Positions 37,901 to 51,000 of a DNA stretch of 64,000 nucleotides are shown one piece after another; positions within the stretch are counted from its first letter, which is position 1; each line of letters starts with the position of its first letter. The stretch comes from Enoplolaimus lenunculus (lineage: Eukaryota). The stretch lies in the NCBI GenBank assembly GCA_030248215.1, contig JASANG010003130.1:310001-374000 (forward strand). The letters run 5' to 3'. Both the position numbers and the translations under genes were made by a program. The notes under the pieces were generated by a model that was given only the letters and a program-made list of their open reading frames with translations, ran no database searches and was not told the origin of the DNA.

Positions 37901-40900
37901 TCGCCGTAACCATAGGTCAAAGGCAACAACCACTGATAGCCGTCAGTAAAGACAGGCAACAAACGTATTAGGCCATATCGCCGTCCGTGTAGGACAGGCA
38001 ACTGTAAGTTGAAATTGAAACAAATATCGCCGCCGCTAAGTAAGCAAGCCCGCCGTAGTGAAATGCAGCAGGCAAGAAACAACTTAAAATTCACGATTTG
38101 CAAGAAACGTTTATTTCGCTGGCAATCAATAAAATTACAGCATGTAACCATTTCTCTTGCACCAAACTGCACAGCTTATATACCAGTCAGCTCAGAGCAC
38201 TAACAATGCAAATCTTTGAATTGAAAATGCAAAACATTTTTTTAAAATATTAAATTGTTTAAATGTCAGACAAAATTTCAAAGACAAAGTGCCTAAGCAC
38301 AGTCACGAGACGCCCACAAAAACGAATGAAATATAAAGCTATTAATAATATACGACTCAAAAGTATGCATGGGTTGCCTGGTTACAATGACCGGCGATAC
38401 CTGAGAAATCCGTAAGTAGCACATACGGTAAAAAGCAACTGCGAAACAGCATGCGCAAAAACCATAACTAAAGCACGCTTAGCTTAACTACATTCAGAAA
38501 ACATTAAGTTGACATTGAATTACGCCCACGCGCAACGCCACATAAATACCATAACATGGCAAAATTCAACGGCTGCAATTTCTTGAGATGAGAAATGGTG
38601 GTGGATGATTGTTTTAAAACAGGACAAACAGCGTAGGGTTCTTGTCGTGGGATGACTGTCCATCCATAATCAGGATGTCGTATTCTCCTTCAGGCAATGG
38701 TTCACAACAACCAGAAAATTTCCTGAAACCATTTAACCAAAGGTTCTTTATCAATCCATCCGCTGATACAACAAACAGCAACGGTACACGGTGGCATCCA
38801 TTTTTGTTCTCTTCAAATACTGCGTCCTTTAAAACTCACTATCGGCGGTAACAGAATCTCAGCGGTGTTGAACGCAAACATCGAAGGCTGGTAGTGGATC
38901 GTTTTCCGCAGGAGATATTGTGGGTACACGTTTAGTTTTCCGTTTCACCAGTACCTTTCTTCGTTCCCCTGAAACCATTTTTACGCCAGTCTCTCCGACG
39001 CTATATACTCGTCGGGGATTATTGCTGATACGTATGACGAGAAATTCGATGTTCACGTTTTGCCATGAGCGAAACAAGATCCGTTTCCTGTTCGCTGGTA
39101 AGCACAGGTTTTATCAAATTAAGGCGTCTCCTGTTTCAACATCTTTGAGACATCTGTAACGTAGACTGTAATTTGGCACATGGTATCGTTTAGCAATTGT
39201 TTGAAGCCCGCGAGATTGCTCGGAAACAACAATTCTAAAGATTGTAATTGTTTGACAGTCATAATGTCGAGTGAAATGATATATGTTGCATAAATGTATG
39301 ACTTAACCGTGGAGAATTACAAAGTGCCCGATGTACAATAACTGTTCCCCAAAAACCAATTCCAACACACGAAATTGTTCCATCTAAAACACATTGGTAC
39401 TAACTCTTAGTTAAATACATTACGACTGTTTTCTATGGTTAGTTATAGAATGCAAGGACATACTAAGTGCATTCTGTCGAGTCATATTGGGCAACTGCGT
39501 TTCGATTTCTACAGGTAAATTGCATATAGTATTGACCATAAGCTGGCTATACTATGTATAATTGATACGTTACACAACAGTAAACGTAAAAAGATTCAAC
39601 GCTCGATATGTTAAACCACGTTTTCATTTAGAATACTACGTTCAACTACGTTGACGCATTACAAGTTGAAATTCTTGATATTTATAAAATATTACCACGA
39701 CAAGTTAATACTTCTAAGCTCCAGGCATACTGAAAGCTCTGATGAACAGTTACTTTCAATTGAGTTTCTTTTTTGGTTTCTTTTGCAACATGAAATCGCG
39801 TTTCAAACATAGTTGAACATTTTGCTGTTATTTTAATCATTGCCATGTTATAAATAAATTCTGCTATAAAGACAAAATATATGATGTGATAAGTACGGCA
39901 GTCAATAGCATCTAACCTGATCATATGACTGAAAAATTCAATTAAATATAGAACGAAAAAATTTGAATGTTTTAAGCCAAGCCACTGGCTCAATAGCTGG
40001 AATAACCTTCGAAGATGTCAAAATTGCGCAAAGTGTCGTGCTTGCATGAACTTACTATAAAATTTACTGTTAAAAATGTGATTTTGCTCACAAATATTAA
40101 TACTTTAATATAGAGTTATGTTAAACTTTTCAGCAATAAATATCCGACAATATTTAAAAAGCTGGAGCTGGATGTTTATTTTTTGCCGGAACCGGATGTA
40201 TGGTCACCATGCGCTAAAGTTATACAGTACCGCGGCTACAGTTGCACTATCCCCTACTGGCAGTGGGCACCTAATCCCCCTCGCAACAGCCAATAAACCA
40301 TGCTATTTAAAAAAATTTGCTACTTCGGCGCAATTCAAGTCAATCCTTACCTTATTCGTGCTTATTTGGCTTGTTGATATCTTATAATGGAGTCGTATAT
40401 GTCCAAACCCGTAGTTTTGTCGCGGCTTAATTCCGGTATAGGCGGGTTTTTCCTCTGCGTGACCGTTTGTGTAGCCAGGATTTTGGAAAGAGATTGAGCG
40501 GGTTAGGTTCTACAAAAAACTCGTCGATTGCGGGATTATCGTGTTGAGAAATAAACCACTGTCTACAAACCCCTGTAAAAAATTTTATATGGTAGTTTGG
40601 CCGCTGAAACCAAACGCCTGACTGTGACACCACCTGATACACTAACGGCACTTTTGTAGTTTCCTCAAAAGTGGAACCGCCTAAAAATAGCACATGTATA
40701 GTTGAGGGTCATTAGTATACACATATGCCAAAGTTTAAGCAAGTCTATAACTAAACCTAGGTCAAAGCCTAAACAAAACATTTCCACTGCGAGGGGAATA
40801 CTACAAAAGTGCACAGATTTACACTGATTAGACAATCGGGACAAATCTTCGGAGACTTTTTTGGAGCGTCTTGTCGCCGGACTTTCCGGTTGAGCTTGCA

Positions 40901-41132
40901 TCGATTCGACGATGCTTGTTTTTGCAAACTGGAACACAGTTTCGATTTCAGGCGCTTGTGTAAGGACTTCAATTAAAATGGATCGTCCCGGTTCGGCAGG
41001 ACCGCTCGCTCGCGCATTAGCCCACATTTTTTGAATCAAATCAATTTCTGATCGTGAAAATTTTGGAATTTGAGTCTGTGCATAGCTGTCGACGTTGCCG
41101 CTGCCTTTGCTTGTATTATGAGCATTACCCAT
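34966..41132 (-). CDS. Globin-domain protein (nematode glb-like), probably N-myristoylated, about 260 aa, 3 exons
   Basis: Exons 41132-40823, 36066-35739 and 35110-34966 join in phase (783 nt). A helix FSRSEIDLIQKMW; B/C region ILIEVLTQAPEIETVF (CD1 Phe); E helix FRVHAHRF (distal His); F helix LGSEH (proximal His); G helix FSIEYWDVFAKAM; H helix AAWSTLMLYIVNRMKDG. Starts MGN. Confidence 0.85.
38560..39170 (-). pseudogene. Decayed pogo/Tigger-type (DDE_1) transposase in globin intron 1
   Basis: Frameshifted minus-strand fragments: KPVLTSEQE; PRRVYSVGETG...KVLVKRKTKRV (cf. NxDETG); SGWIDKEPLVKWF; ILIMDGQSSH (cf. LxLDGHxSH); QELQPLN (cf. LQPLD). Confidence 0.8.
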
Positions 41133-42156
41133 TGTTTTGAAAAGACGATCAATCATCAATAGGTACCGTATATTATACAATTAGTAGTTTCCCCATGAGT
41201 AAATATTGGCACTAATAAGACTAGATGCATATTTTTTGAACACTTCGAGACTAGCAATATAATTTGCAAACTGAAAAACAATAATTTACTGTGCAGAATG
41301 AACACTAATAAGATACTAAGCAGCCTTTATGGCAACAAATTTATATACGAAGAAATCAAGTTGAAACAGCTATGATTATAAAAACAAACTTTGACAATCG
41401 AGCAAAACTAAGAACAGATATTTATTGTGCCAAACCCTTGATGAAACATAATCATCTGTGTATGATATTCACAGGCACAATCCGAGGAAGAGGGCTGGCG
41501 GTCGCTGCCGAACCCCCACTCATAAGGCTGACAGCGAGAAAAATAGTGATAACTTATTATTCGACTGTGAAGTCTGCGCTTAGCTAATGTTCTAGTCATG
41601 TTATGCTGTTTCCAACGAATAATGCTACATTTTTTACATGAAAGAGGACTGGAAAAATTAAACCGTGACACCGGCACAAATTTGTTGTTCCAACTGCAAT
41701 ATAATTCAGTTCCCTTTCATACTCTGACCAATCAGGAAAATACAGCCAAAACATATTACAAGCACTTCCAACAATTCATTGAAAAAGCATACCGCGATGA
41801 TGGGCACTTGAACAGAGGACAAATTCTACGCTTTCGTTTTAACAGCACTGAGCACACATATTAATCCTTTCATCATATGACCGACCAACTTTAGACCAGT
41901 TTCTGCCAGTAAGAAGGCTGGGAGACTGCAAAATACCTTAGGGCATTGGCAGAACTTTTGACAAAAAACAATTTCGAATTAAGCCATTTTATATTTTTAC
42001 GAAACGTTTTGCTAAGTTTTACCCAGTTACTTCAGAGAAATAGTAATGGAGTGCAGCGTGTACGTTCACCTTCGTACTCTGCTCACTACGGCCAGGAACA
42101 TTTATCATTTCCTCTGAATGTAAATCTACAATGATTAAAGAAACTAATAATTTCTA

Positions 42157-42378
42157 GGGCCTGTATTCTCAATTGTGTATAGCATCAATCACCAGTTGGT
42201 AATAGGTTTTCAAACTCACTAATTGTTGCGATTGCCATTGTCAAATTTTGCAAAGCAATACGGAAAATGAAATCTGAAGGCTGTGATGAATCCCTAAACT
42301 CTCCGGTCAGTGATTCGGAAGTTCCATGACCTATCACCAACTGGTGATAAGTAGGTGCTACACACATTTGAGAATATG
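42157..42378. mobile_element. Harbinger-like MITE; second copy at 23661-23872
   Basis: Shared ccagtt.gtaataggttttcaaact and gacctatc.ccaactggt...gtaggtgctaca.acatttgagaata; TIR tattctcaa/ttgagaata. Confidence 0.6.
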
Positions 42379-42716
42379 TTCATAGATCTGTTTACGGTAT
42401 AAATTTCGATTCAGATTCTGATATTTCTAAACAGGGCCGGAGCAGCTACCCCTCACACCCCCTTTGTGGGGGCGCGCCCCAAAGAGGATCTCCCCACCCT
42501 AATAATATTTTAAACAAAAAAATTTGAAAAATATTTTGATCATTGCAAGGGGCCCCCACACCGGAGTATGCTTCGGCAGCATTCGGCACTGATTCTAAAC
42601 AGTTTAAAATGTACTTTTTTGTCTCCAAAAATTTTTGTGAGGGGATATCCTTTATCCCTCCTCATGTATGCGCCTCAGTTCATGAGGAACAACATACGAG
42701 TCTTACACACGGCTTA

Positions 42717-43836
42717 TAGAGTTGCATCCGGGTCCGGGTTTTCGCTTTAAGAACTTCTGGGTGTTCACAACAAATCAATATTATTCTGGGTCCGGTTCCG
42801 GGTACTACAAAAACACCCGGACAAAATACCCGGAATAAAATTAGCTTAGTAAACTTCTCGCGCCTACATCCTGAATAGTAACTGTATCGTACCTAAATTA
42901 AATAAGTGAAAGATTTTATCAGATAGTTGCTCAACCAACGCTATCCCAGCGAGCGTTTATTCAGCGCTGCAGGAGTGATATACACAAAGAAACGATCGAA
43001 ACTGACCGGTGACAACGCAGAGAAGCTTTTGTTTGTGAAAAGAAATCTTAAAAAAGCAGACTTCAAATATTGACGTTTGTTAGACGTTGCTGATGTAAGG
43101 ACCAGGGATGTGTCGATTAACCGACATCAGCATATGTAATAATCAGTACTTTTCGTAGTATCCGATATCGGCTCTGCAAACAATTACCGATATGTACTTT
43201 TTACACATAACAGTGAGTTGGACTCCGACTGCTTTCAATTTCACTCCTTAGCGGATATCGATGCGCCTGATCAGGGAAACTGTTATTTCTCTTGCGTTTG
43301 TCCTTGAAAAAGTTAATTAAAACCGCCGTTCTCAAAAATTATATCCTTTACAGTTCTTAGGATTTGAGTCGTTGCAGTTGTAATATATCCTATCTGTTCT
43401 TTAAATATTGTGTATTAAACTTGGAACAGGTATTGGTAGCGGTATATCTTCAAAATAATCGGTATCGGCATCGGGAAAAAAATTTGGCATCGGCACATTT
43501 CTAGTACGGATAGTACGTTGTTTTATGATAGACTTGAAATAAATTTTTGTGAATGACATTAGTCGCTTCGCATTGCATACTGCCCACTAATATTTTACAC
43601 CCTGAGCTGCTATAATATAGAGGGAGAGAGAAAATTTTTATCTTTAAAAAATTAGGGTTATATTCAGGTTTTATAAAAATTGTTGACCTGGGTTTGCCCG
43701 GAAAATAAAACCGGATCCGGGTCCAGGTTTGCATTCTTAAAAATTCCGGATCCGGGTCCGGGTCCATGTTTTTCTTCCAGAAAAATTCTGGGTCCGGTCG
43801 GGCTGCGGGAATTTATTTATAAATGGTGCAACTCTA
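42717..43836 (+). mobile_element. Non-autonomous hAT element retaining the C-terminal dimerisation domain, with a nested MITE (about 43103-43503)
   Basis: TIRs tagagttgca ... tgcaactcta and subterminal ccgg(g/a)tccgg repeats. From 42948 it translates SERLFSAAGVIYTKKRSKLTGDNAEKLLFVKRNL, typical of the hAT dimerisation domain. Confidence 0.8.
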
Positions 43837-44616
43837 CACTTATAAACTAGATTAAAATTTGTACCCAGTGAAATTCATCTACGATAGCTTAGAGCTACTA
43901 TCCCTAGCCCTCGAACTCGAGACTAACTCATTACATTCAGTGTAAAAACAATACACACAAATAAAAAACATTATACACAGTAAAAACGAACATAACCACG
44001 TGTTATAAATACAAAACAACACTGAAAAATTGAAGTGGTAAACAAAACAATTTAATCTTTAATCACTGCCAGTTGTTAAATATACATTAGATGTGCTCTT
44101 TGTAACTGCCTCTTGTTTTCAAATCCATACAGGTGCAACAACTACAAGCATTCGTCAATCTGGCAAGTTCTGAGCGGAACTTCATTTAGTCAAATTCGGA
44201 ACCGAAACTCAATTTTTCAAAAAACTTCGCACCTGTTTCAGTTTCCGTTATTGAAATACAGGAAAACCCGTTACTTTTAGTATGATTTTAGATTGTAATT
44301 GGCTTTAAGAAACCGCGCAATATATTTCAATACATAGGTATGCTGCAAGGCTGCACGGGCCCGTAGCCAAGGGTGCGGGGCAGGGCCGTCCATCACCGTA
44401 CGGCACCGTCCGTCACAATACGTTACCGTGCGTGAGTTATTTGAGTACGAAACTGCACGATGACGGACGCCGCCGTACGCGTGACGCACGGTGACGGGCG
44501 CCGCCGCACGGCTAACGGACGGCGCCGTACGAATGACGCACGGCGTTGTACGCGTGACGCACGGTGACGGACATCGCCGTACGGGTGACGCACGGTGACG
44601 GACGGCACCGCACGCT

Positions 44617-45896
44617 GACGGACGGCACCGTACGCTGAGCTGACGGACGGCACCGTACGCTGAGCTGACGGACGGCACCGTACGCTGAGCTGACGGATGG
44701 CACCGTACGCTGAGCTGACGGACGGCACCGTACGCTGAGCTGACGGACGGCACCGTACGCTGAGCTGACGGACGGCACCGTACGCTGAGCTGACGGACGG
44801 CACCGTACGCTGAGCTGACGGACGACACCGTACGCTGAGCTGAAGGACGTAACCGTTCGCTGAGCTGACGGACGGCACCGTACGCTGAGCTGACGGACGG
44901 CACCGTACGCTGAGCTGACGGACGGTACCGTACGCTGAGCTGACGGACGGCACCGTACGCTGAGCTGACGGACGGCACCGTACGCTGAGCTGACGGACGG
45001 CACCGTACGCTGAGCTGACGGACGGCACCGTACGCTGAGCTGACGGACGGCACCGTACGCTGAGCTGACGGACGGCACCGTACGCTGAGCTGACGGACGG
45101 CACCGTACGCTGAGCTGACGGACGGCACCGTACGCTGAGCTGACGGACGGCACCGTACGCTGAGCTGACGGACGGCACCGTACGCTGAGCTGACGGACGG
45201 CACCGTACGCTGAGCTGACGGACGGCACCGTACGCTGAGCTGACGGACGGCACCGTACGCTGAGCTGACGGACGGCACCGTACGCTGAGCTGACGGACGG
45301 CACCGTACGCTGAGCTGACGGACGGCACCGTACGCTGAGCTGACGGACGGCACCGTACGCTGAGCTGACGGACGGCACCGTACGCTGAGCTGACGGACGG
45401 CACCGTACGCTGAGCTGACGGACGGCACCGTACGCTGAGCTGACGGACGGCACCGTACGCTGAGCTGACGGACGGCACCGTACGCTGAGCTGACGGACGG
45501 CACCGTACGCTGAGCTGACGGACGGCACCGTACGCTGAGCTGACGGACGGCACCGTACGCTGAGCTGACGGACGGCACCGTACGCTGAGCTGACGGACGG
45601 CACCGTACGCTGAGCTGACGGACGGCACCGTACGCTGAGCTGACGGACGGCACCGTACGCTGAGCTGACGGACGGCACCGTACGCTGAGCTGACGGACGG
45701 CACCGTACGCTGAGCTGACGGACGGCACCGTACGCTGAGCTGACGGACGGCACCGTACGCTGAGCTGACGGACGGCACCGTACGCTGAGCTGACGGACGG
45801 CACCGTACGCTGAGCTGACGGACGGCACCGTACGCTGACAGACGGCACCGTACGCTGACGGACGGCACCGTACGCTGACGGACGGCACCGTACGCT
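44617..45896. repeat. 25-bp CpG-rich minisatellite (48 units) followed by four 20-bp units
   Basis: gacggacggcaccgtacgctgagct repeated from 44617 to 45816, then gacggacggcaccgtacgct units to 45896. Confidence 0.98.
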
Positions 45897-48034
45897 GACG
45901 GACGGCATCGCACGGGTGACGGCCGACAACAAAAGTATAGCGCAACCCTTACAGTTCAATATCCGTTTTTTGTTTATTTTGACCACTCTCCGTTTCCGTT
46001 TATATACGTTTCCGTTTTCCGTTATTTTTTGCCACGCAAATATGATTTAATGTAATCTACGTTTTAGGCGTTACTTTAATTTTTAAACAAACATGCGTAT
46101 GCTGGCCTTTGGTGAAATGATATTTCCGTACCAGCAATATAGGACAACGGCCAGATGCGAGCGGAAATGCAAAATGCCAGAGCTGAAGGTCAACAAATTG
46201 TGCCGCAACAGGAAGTGAGGCAAATTTGAAATACACTCGCGATTTCGTTTTACCACCAAAATTTAATTTTACCTTTAAAATTTGAGATGGCCAAGTATCC
46301 TTTCATAATTTTGAATTTTACATTGTTAAAGAATTCACTGAAATGTTCGCCCACTTGCGTTCTGATTAGACAAAAACTGCCTTTAGCGAACACGGAACAT
46401 TTATGCTGTCTATTGAGGACAGTAGCCAATATGGACGTTGCATGTGTTGAAAGACAGCATTACGTGAGTGAGACATTAATGGTAGACTTCATTCGAAAAA
46501 TACGTCAACTATATTCTGCTCTGCATTCTTTAAATAATATTATTCGATAATTTACTGCACAATTTTATGGTTGACACAAAATAAAAACATCTGACTCGTG
46601 TATAGAACAACACCCAAACACAAAACGTAAATTTATTAGCCTAGACTAGAGCTAGGCAAAAGATTATGACTTTGTTCAGGACTTGTCCTCTAATCGGGTA
46701 AATTTAATAATACCGATGCTTACAGAACTAGCTCAATTACATGTCTTTGATATTTTGAAACAACAAAGCCGACCTTTGTTGGTTTTAAACTGTTACTTTG
46801 GAGTATTTCTAAAAGGACTGTCATTTTTCCCAACGGATGTGTTTGCAAATTATTTTAACCCCTTCCCGCATGAATTTATACAATTTCTACAGAAATAAAT
46901 TTCATATTTCACTGATTTTAACAGTTTTTTAAATTTATGTATTGTAATCAGGGTGCAGCAATCCGGAAACGGAAAGTTAAAAAATACCGGAGCTGGAGCC
47001 GGAAAACAATAAATTCTTGTTACCGAAAAAATAATTTTTAACGCTATTTTCTCGCTTTTAACGGTCTAAACTCACGATTTAGAATGCCAAAATCCTGATA
47101 CAAATGCAGTAGCTGGAAACGAATGATCAATTACAAAGTATGACACAAACTGAAAATTTTGGCAATGCACAAGGAATAGGCTCATCCATATGCTTAGGCT
47201 TACTACTCTTCCGGCTCTGTTCTATACATGGGCCCTGATGGTAATATAGTAAAATGTGGCCTCGGCAATGCTTTAAAACAATAATCGTGAATCGCTCAAA
47301 ATTTTTGCATCGGCACATCACTATTAATCGGCTATCCTATATATGTATTACTGATGATCATCAGATACTTTTTTATATCCGGATATCACACAATTTTTGC
47401 CAGATATTTATCCGGATATCCGAAATTTAGATTTTCTATTTCGGATACCCGAAATTCGATTATGCGCTTTTGGGTTTCCGAACCTCAATTGTTATTTTTT
47501 AAACACCTGTTTTAACTTGTTGCTGTCAAGAAAGTTATGAGCGTAAAATATACAGTTCTAAAAATCATTATTTATTACACAACTGCTTCGACAGTTCTGG
47601 GTATTCGGTCTGGACGATTGCTCAGAAACGGAAGGGCGGCCTGGCGAATGTATGAAACGCTATTTTTCACCAAAAAATTTTCTCAGCGGAAAAATTGTAA
47701 GATAGGAGGGACCTTATCATTTTATCACAAAAAATTTTGGCAGGGGGACGCCCTAATATATCGGAACATAACGCCGATTTGGCTCTTCACAACCTCCCCT
47801 GATGGTTTCACCTAAATTTGAATTTGTTTAAGACTTGTATACTTTCGCTTTTCCAAATATGTACTTTCAACAGTTCAGAAATCTATATTTTTCATGTATA
47901 TTACTTCAATATCACACTGAATTATAAAAAGTTTTCTGGCAGAATTATGATTGAAAAAAGACCAAAGTCAAACTGCTTCAAATTTTGCAAACAATACATA
48001 CATACAGAAAAAGTCAAGTGCCCACCTATAATAT

Positions 48035-51000
48035 CTACTTTAGAGTAACACTTATAATTGAAATTTCGTCGTATGGTTTATCAGTTCTAGGGTTAGTCTT
48101 CACTTTGCTGATTCGTTGAACAACGTCCATGCCTTTGGTCACTCGGCCAAAAATTGTATGCTTGTTGTCCAGCCATGGCTACAACAAACAAAAGGATAAA
48201 ATGCATGTGAGCATTATATTAGGCTTTAGCAGTTTTAGAAGAAACAAGTACGTTTGAATAAAACCTGATAATATTCAGCGCCATCATACCTAGGTACGCA
48301 AAGTTACATCGCCTTTCGTAACACAAACAAGCTTTTGTTAAAAGCGTCAGGATATTAACTCCAAAATTTCCATAATACGCTTTCACTAAAAATATCCGAA
48401 CACTTGGCACATATTCCAAATATACACCGGTATGACAGACAGTAGAAATACACAATTAGTGATTATCCTGCAGTTCACATCAATACAAACGTAAGCAGAA
48501 TAAATTATTACAGTACTACATGCCATCACTTTGGCTGTTTGGTATTTTCAAAATAAATTTCATTCTGAAACACATATTTCAGATATATGTAACATCATTA
48601 TATCTAACAGTTTGGGTCAGGGATGTGCGGTCTCGGTCTCGCTTTTTTCAGTCTCGGTGGTTTGCAAATCGAGACCAAAGAAGTGAAAAAGCGATACGCG
48701 ACCAGAAAAATTTTCCTTGTATCGCAGCCTTGGCCCGGAAGTACTTGCGCATTACGCCTACTAAAATAACAGCAAACGATTCTGGAGCACCGATACCTGG
48801 TTATGCTGCAGAGATTTGAGAAGCAGAAAGACCCATCCGGTTACCCATAATTCTATTTTTGAAAGAAAACCCAAAGCACTTTTATTTTATTGCGACAAAG
48901 CACAAATAGTTGCATTTTCGCGTTTAAAACTTTAAGGCATCGTGTAAAAAATATGGGTCATCCAACCGGATTTTTAATGTCTACGCTATGTTAAAAAATT
49001 CTATAATCTATTTGGTTTGAACGGGATCAAAAACAGCACTATAGCTTTGAATTAGGGTTGTACCAAGGGTGTTTTAATACAGTGGGATCTTTCCGCAGCC
49101 TGTACGAAGGGTATGGGTACAGTAGCCAGGTGAAAAATAAAGTAAAAAATAAAGTTTAGCGGCGATATTTATTAGTGAAATTGTATGAAACCACCATTCA
49201 GAGCAGATAAAAATATTCAAAATATTTTTTAAAATATCATTTTTATTTTCGGTAACGGTTAAAATTGACCGAGACCGAGACCAAAAGTCTCGGTCTCGGT
49301 AGTTTGAGTCTCGGTCTCGGTCTAGCTTTTTTGACCGAGCTCTCCCAAATCTTGACGAGAATATCCTAACACGTATTGAAATTGTTTAAATTCAAGTAAG
49401 TTGGAGTCGTTTAAACACCAACAAATTGCAATAAAATAGGATCAAGATTTACAGTTGGCACAACGGTAATAAAAAATTGAGATCCATTTGTATTTGGGCC
49501 AGCGTTCGCCATCGATAACGTGTACGGTCGGTCATGTTTTAGCGAAGGATGAAATTCGTCCTCAAAATCGCCGCCCCAAATGCTTTCGCCACCAGTTCCA
49601 GTTCCTAAAACAAGTTAGCGGCAACTTAGACATGACATTTACGGTACGTGCTGTAATATTCCGGTACTACTAAATGAAATTATGACTATTTTGCGGAAAT
49701 AATTTTGCAGACGTATAAACAATTCCGAAATATCTAAAATAATTTCTAAATTTCGAAAGTAACAAATTTCTTCCAGTTAGAATATTAAAGTATGGTGAAA
49801 TTCTGCGACTAACGATGAAGTTCATGGTACTATGAAATGAAGCATGAAGCCGCTAATTAAAAACAGTGCTCACAATAACTACAGGCACCGCGCCTTACCA
49901 GTTGGATCGCCAGTTTGAATCATGAATGCTTTGATAATACGATGAAATATATGCCCATTAAAATAGCCTTGGCGTGCGTGAGTGCAGAAATTTTCACAAG
50001 ACTTAGGCGTTTCACGAAGGAACAGTTTGCAATGAATATCGCCCATTGTTGTATGAATGACACAAGATTCTGCAAGTCGACGCTGAGTAGTCTCTTCCTG
50101 CAAAAAACTCAAAATAAACCGTTCAAACTCAAAATAAACGGCGGTTCACGTTACCCGCCGGGATACCGGAAGCCTGCGGGATGCAGAGACCAGGATGCTT
50201 AGGTTTATTTTGGCTTATGTTAGTTTACAAAGTATCTGGCCTGTCACGGACTAGCATGCATCAAAAGTAGGTGTTAATTCCATAAACAAAAGTAGCATAT
50301 CAAAAACATACTTTTTATAAAATGCGAATAAACAACAAAGCAACATCTCAAATGAAACTGAAATACCAACCTCTACAGCAGTCAACATGTCTTCTCTGAG
50401 CGGCTTCTCATTGAAAACGTCTCGGTCATTGTCAGTCCTGGAAAGACAAAAATATATGCGTAAAAATTAGTCTACAATAATATGCACTATATAAACTAGT
50501 CAAACTATATGAAGAAAAATTTGAAACAAAAACTTTCAAAACCGGCCAACTTACACTGATGTTTCAAAAGGTTCTGTGTTGGTAAATAAGTAAAATCGAT
50601 TCTTCTTGTAGGCATTGCATACCAGCATAGGTTCAGGCTGTGCTACAACAGTACAAACATAGGTGATTTACCAGACAGTTGACTTCCTTCAAGAATATGA
50701 CATTGAATTTTACAATCAAGTAACACAAATCGTTGCAAGAACAAATTATAAGCCACCGTGCTACATCGACACTGATTCTATTTACTATGTTTTAGACTGA
50801 ACATGGCACTTGTTTGCACAAAAAGTGTATCACTTTGTAGCCTTATTATTATAAGCCAATAAAATAATCGCACACAATATGAATGCTCATAACAGCAAAT
50901 CTTATTATTCAACGAGATAAACTATCGAAAACGTTCAATTTTTAGTTTCAGTATAAAATATCCAACGAAACAGCACTAATCCATAAAGTCAAGTTTTCAT

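Noticed and set aside
44277..45986. Three long minus-strand ORFs (477-569 aa)
   Set aside because: Artefact of a 25-bp repeat with no stop codons on that strand; all three frames give the same permuted peptide.
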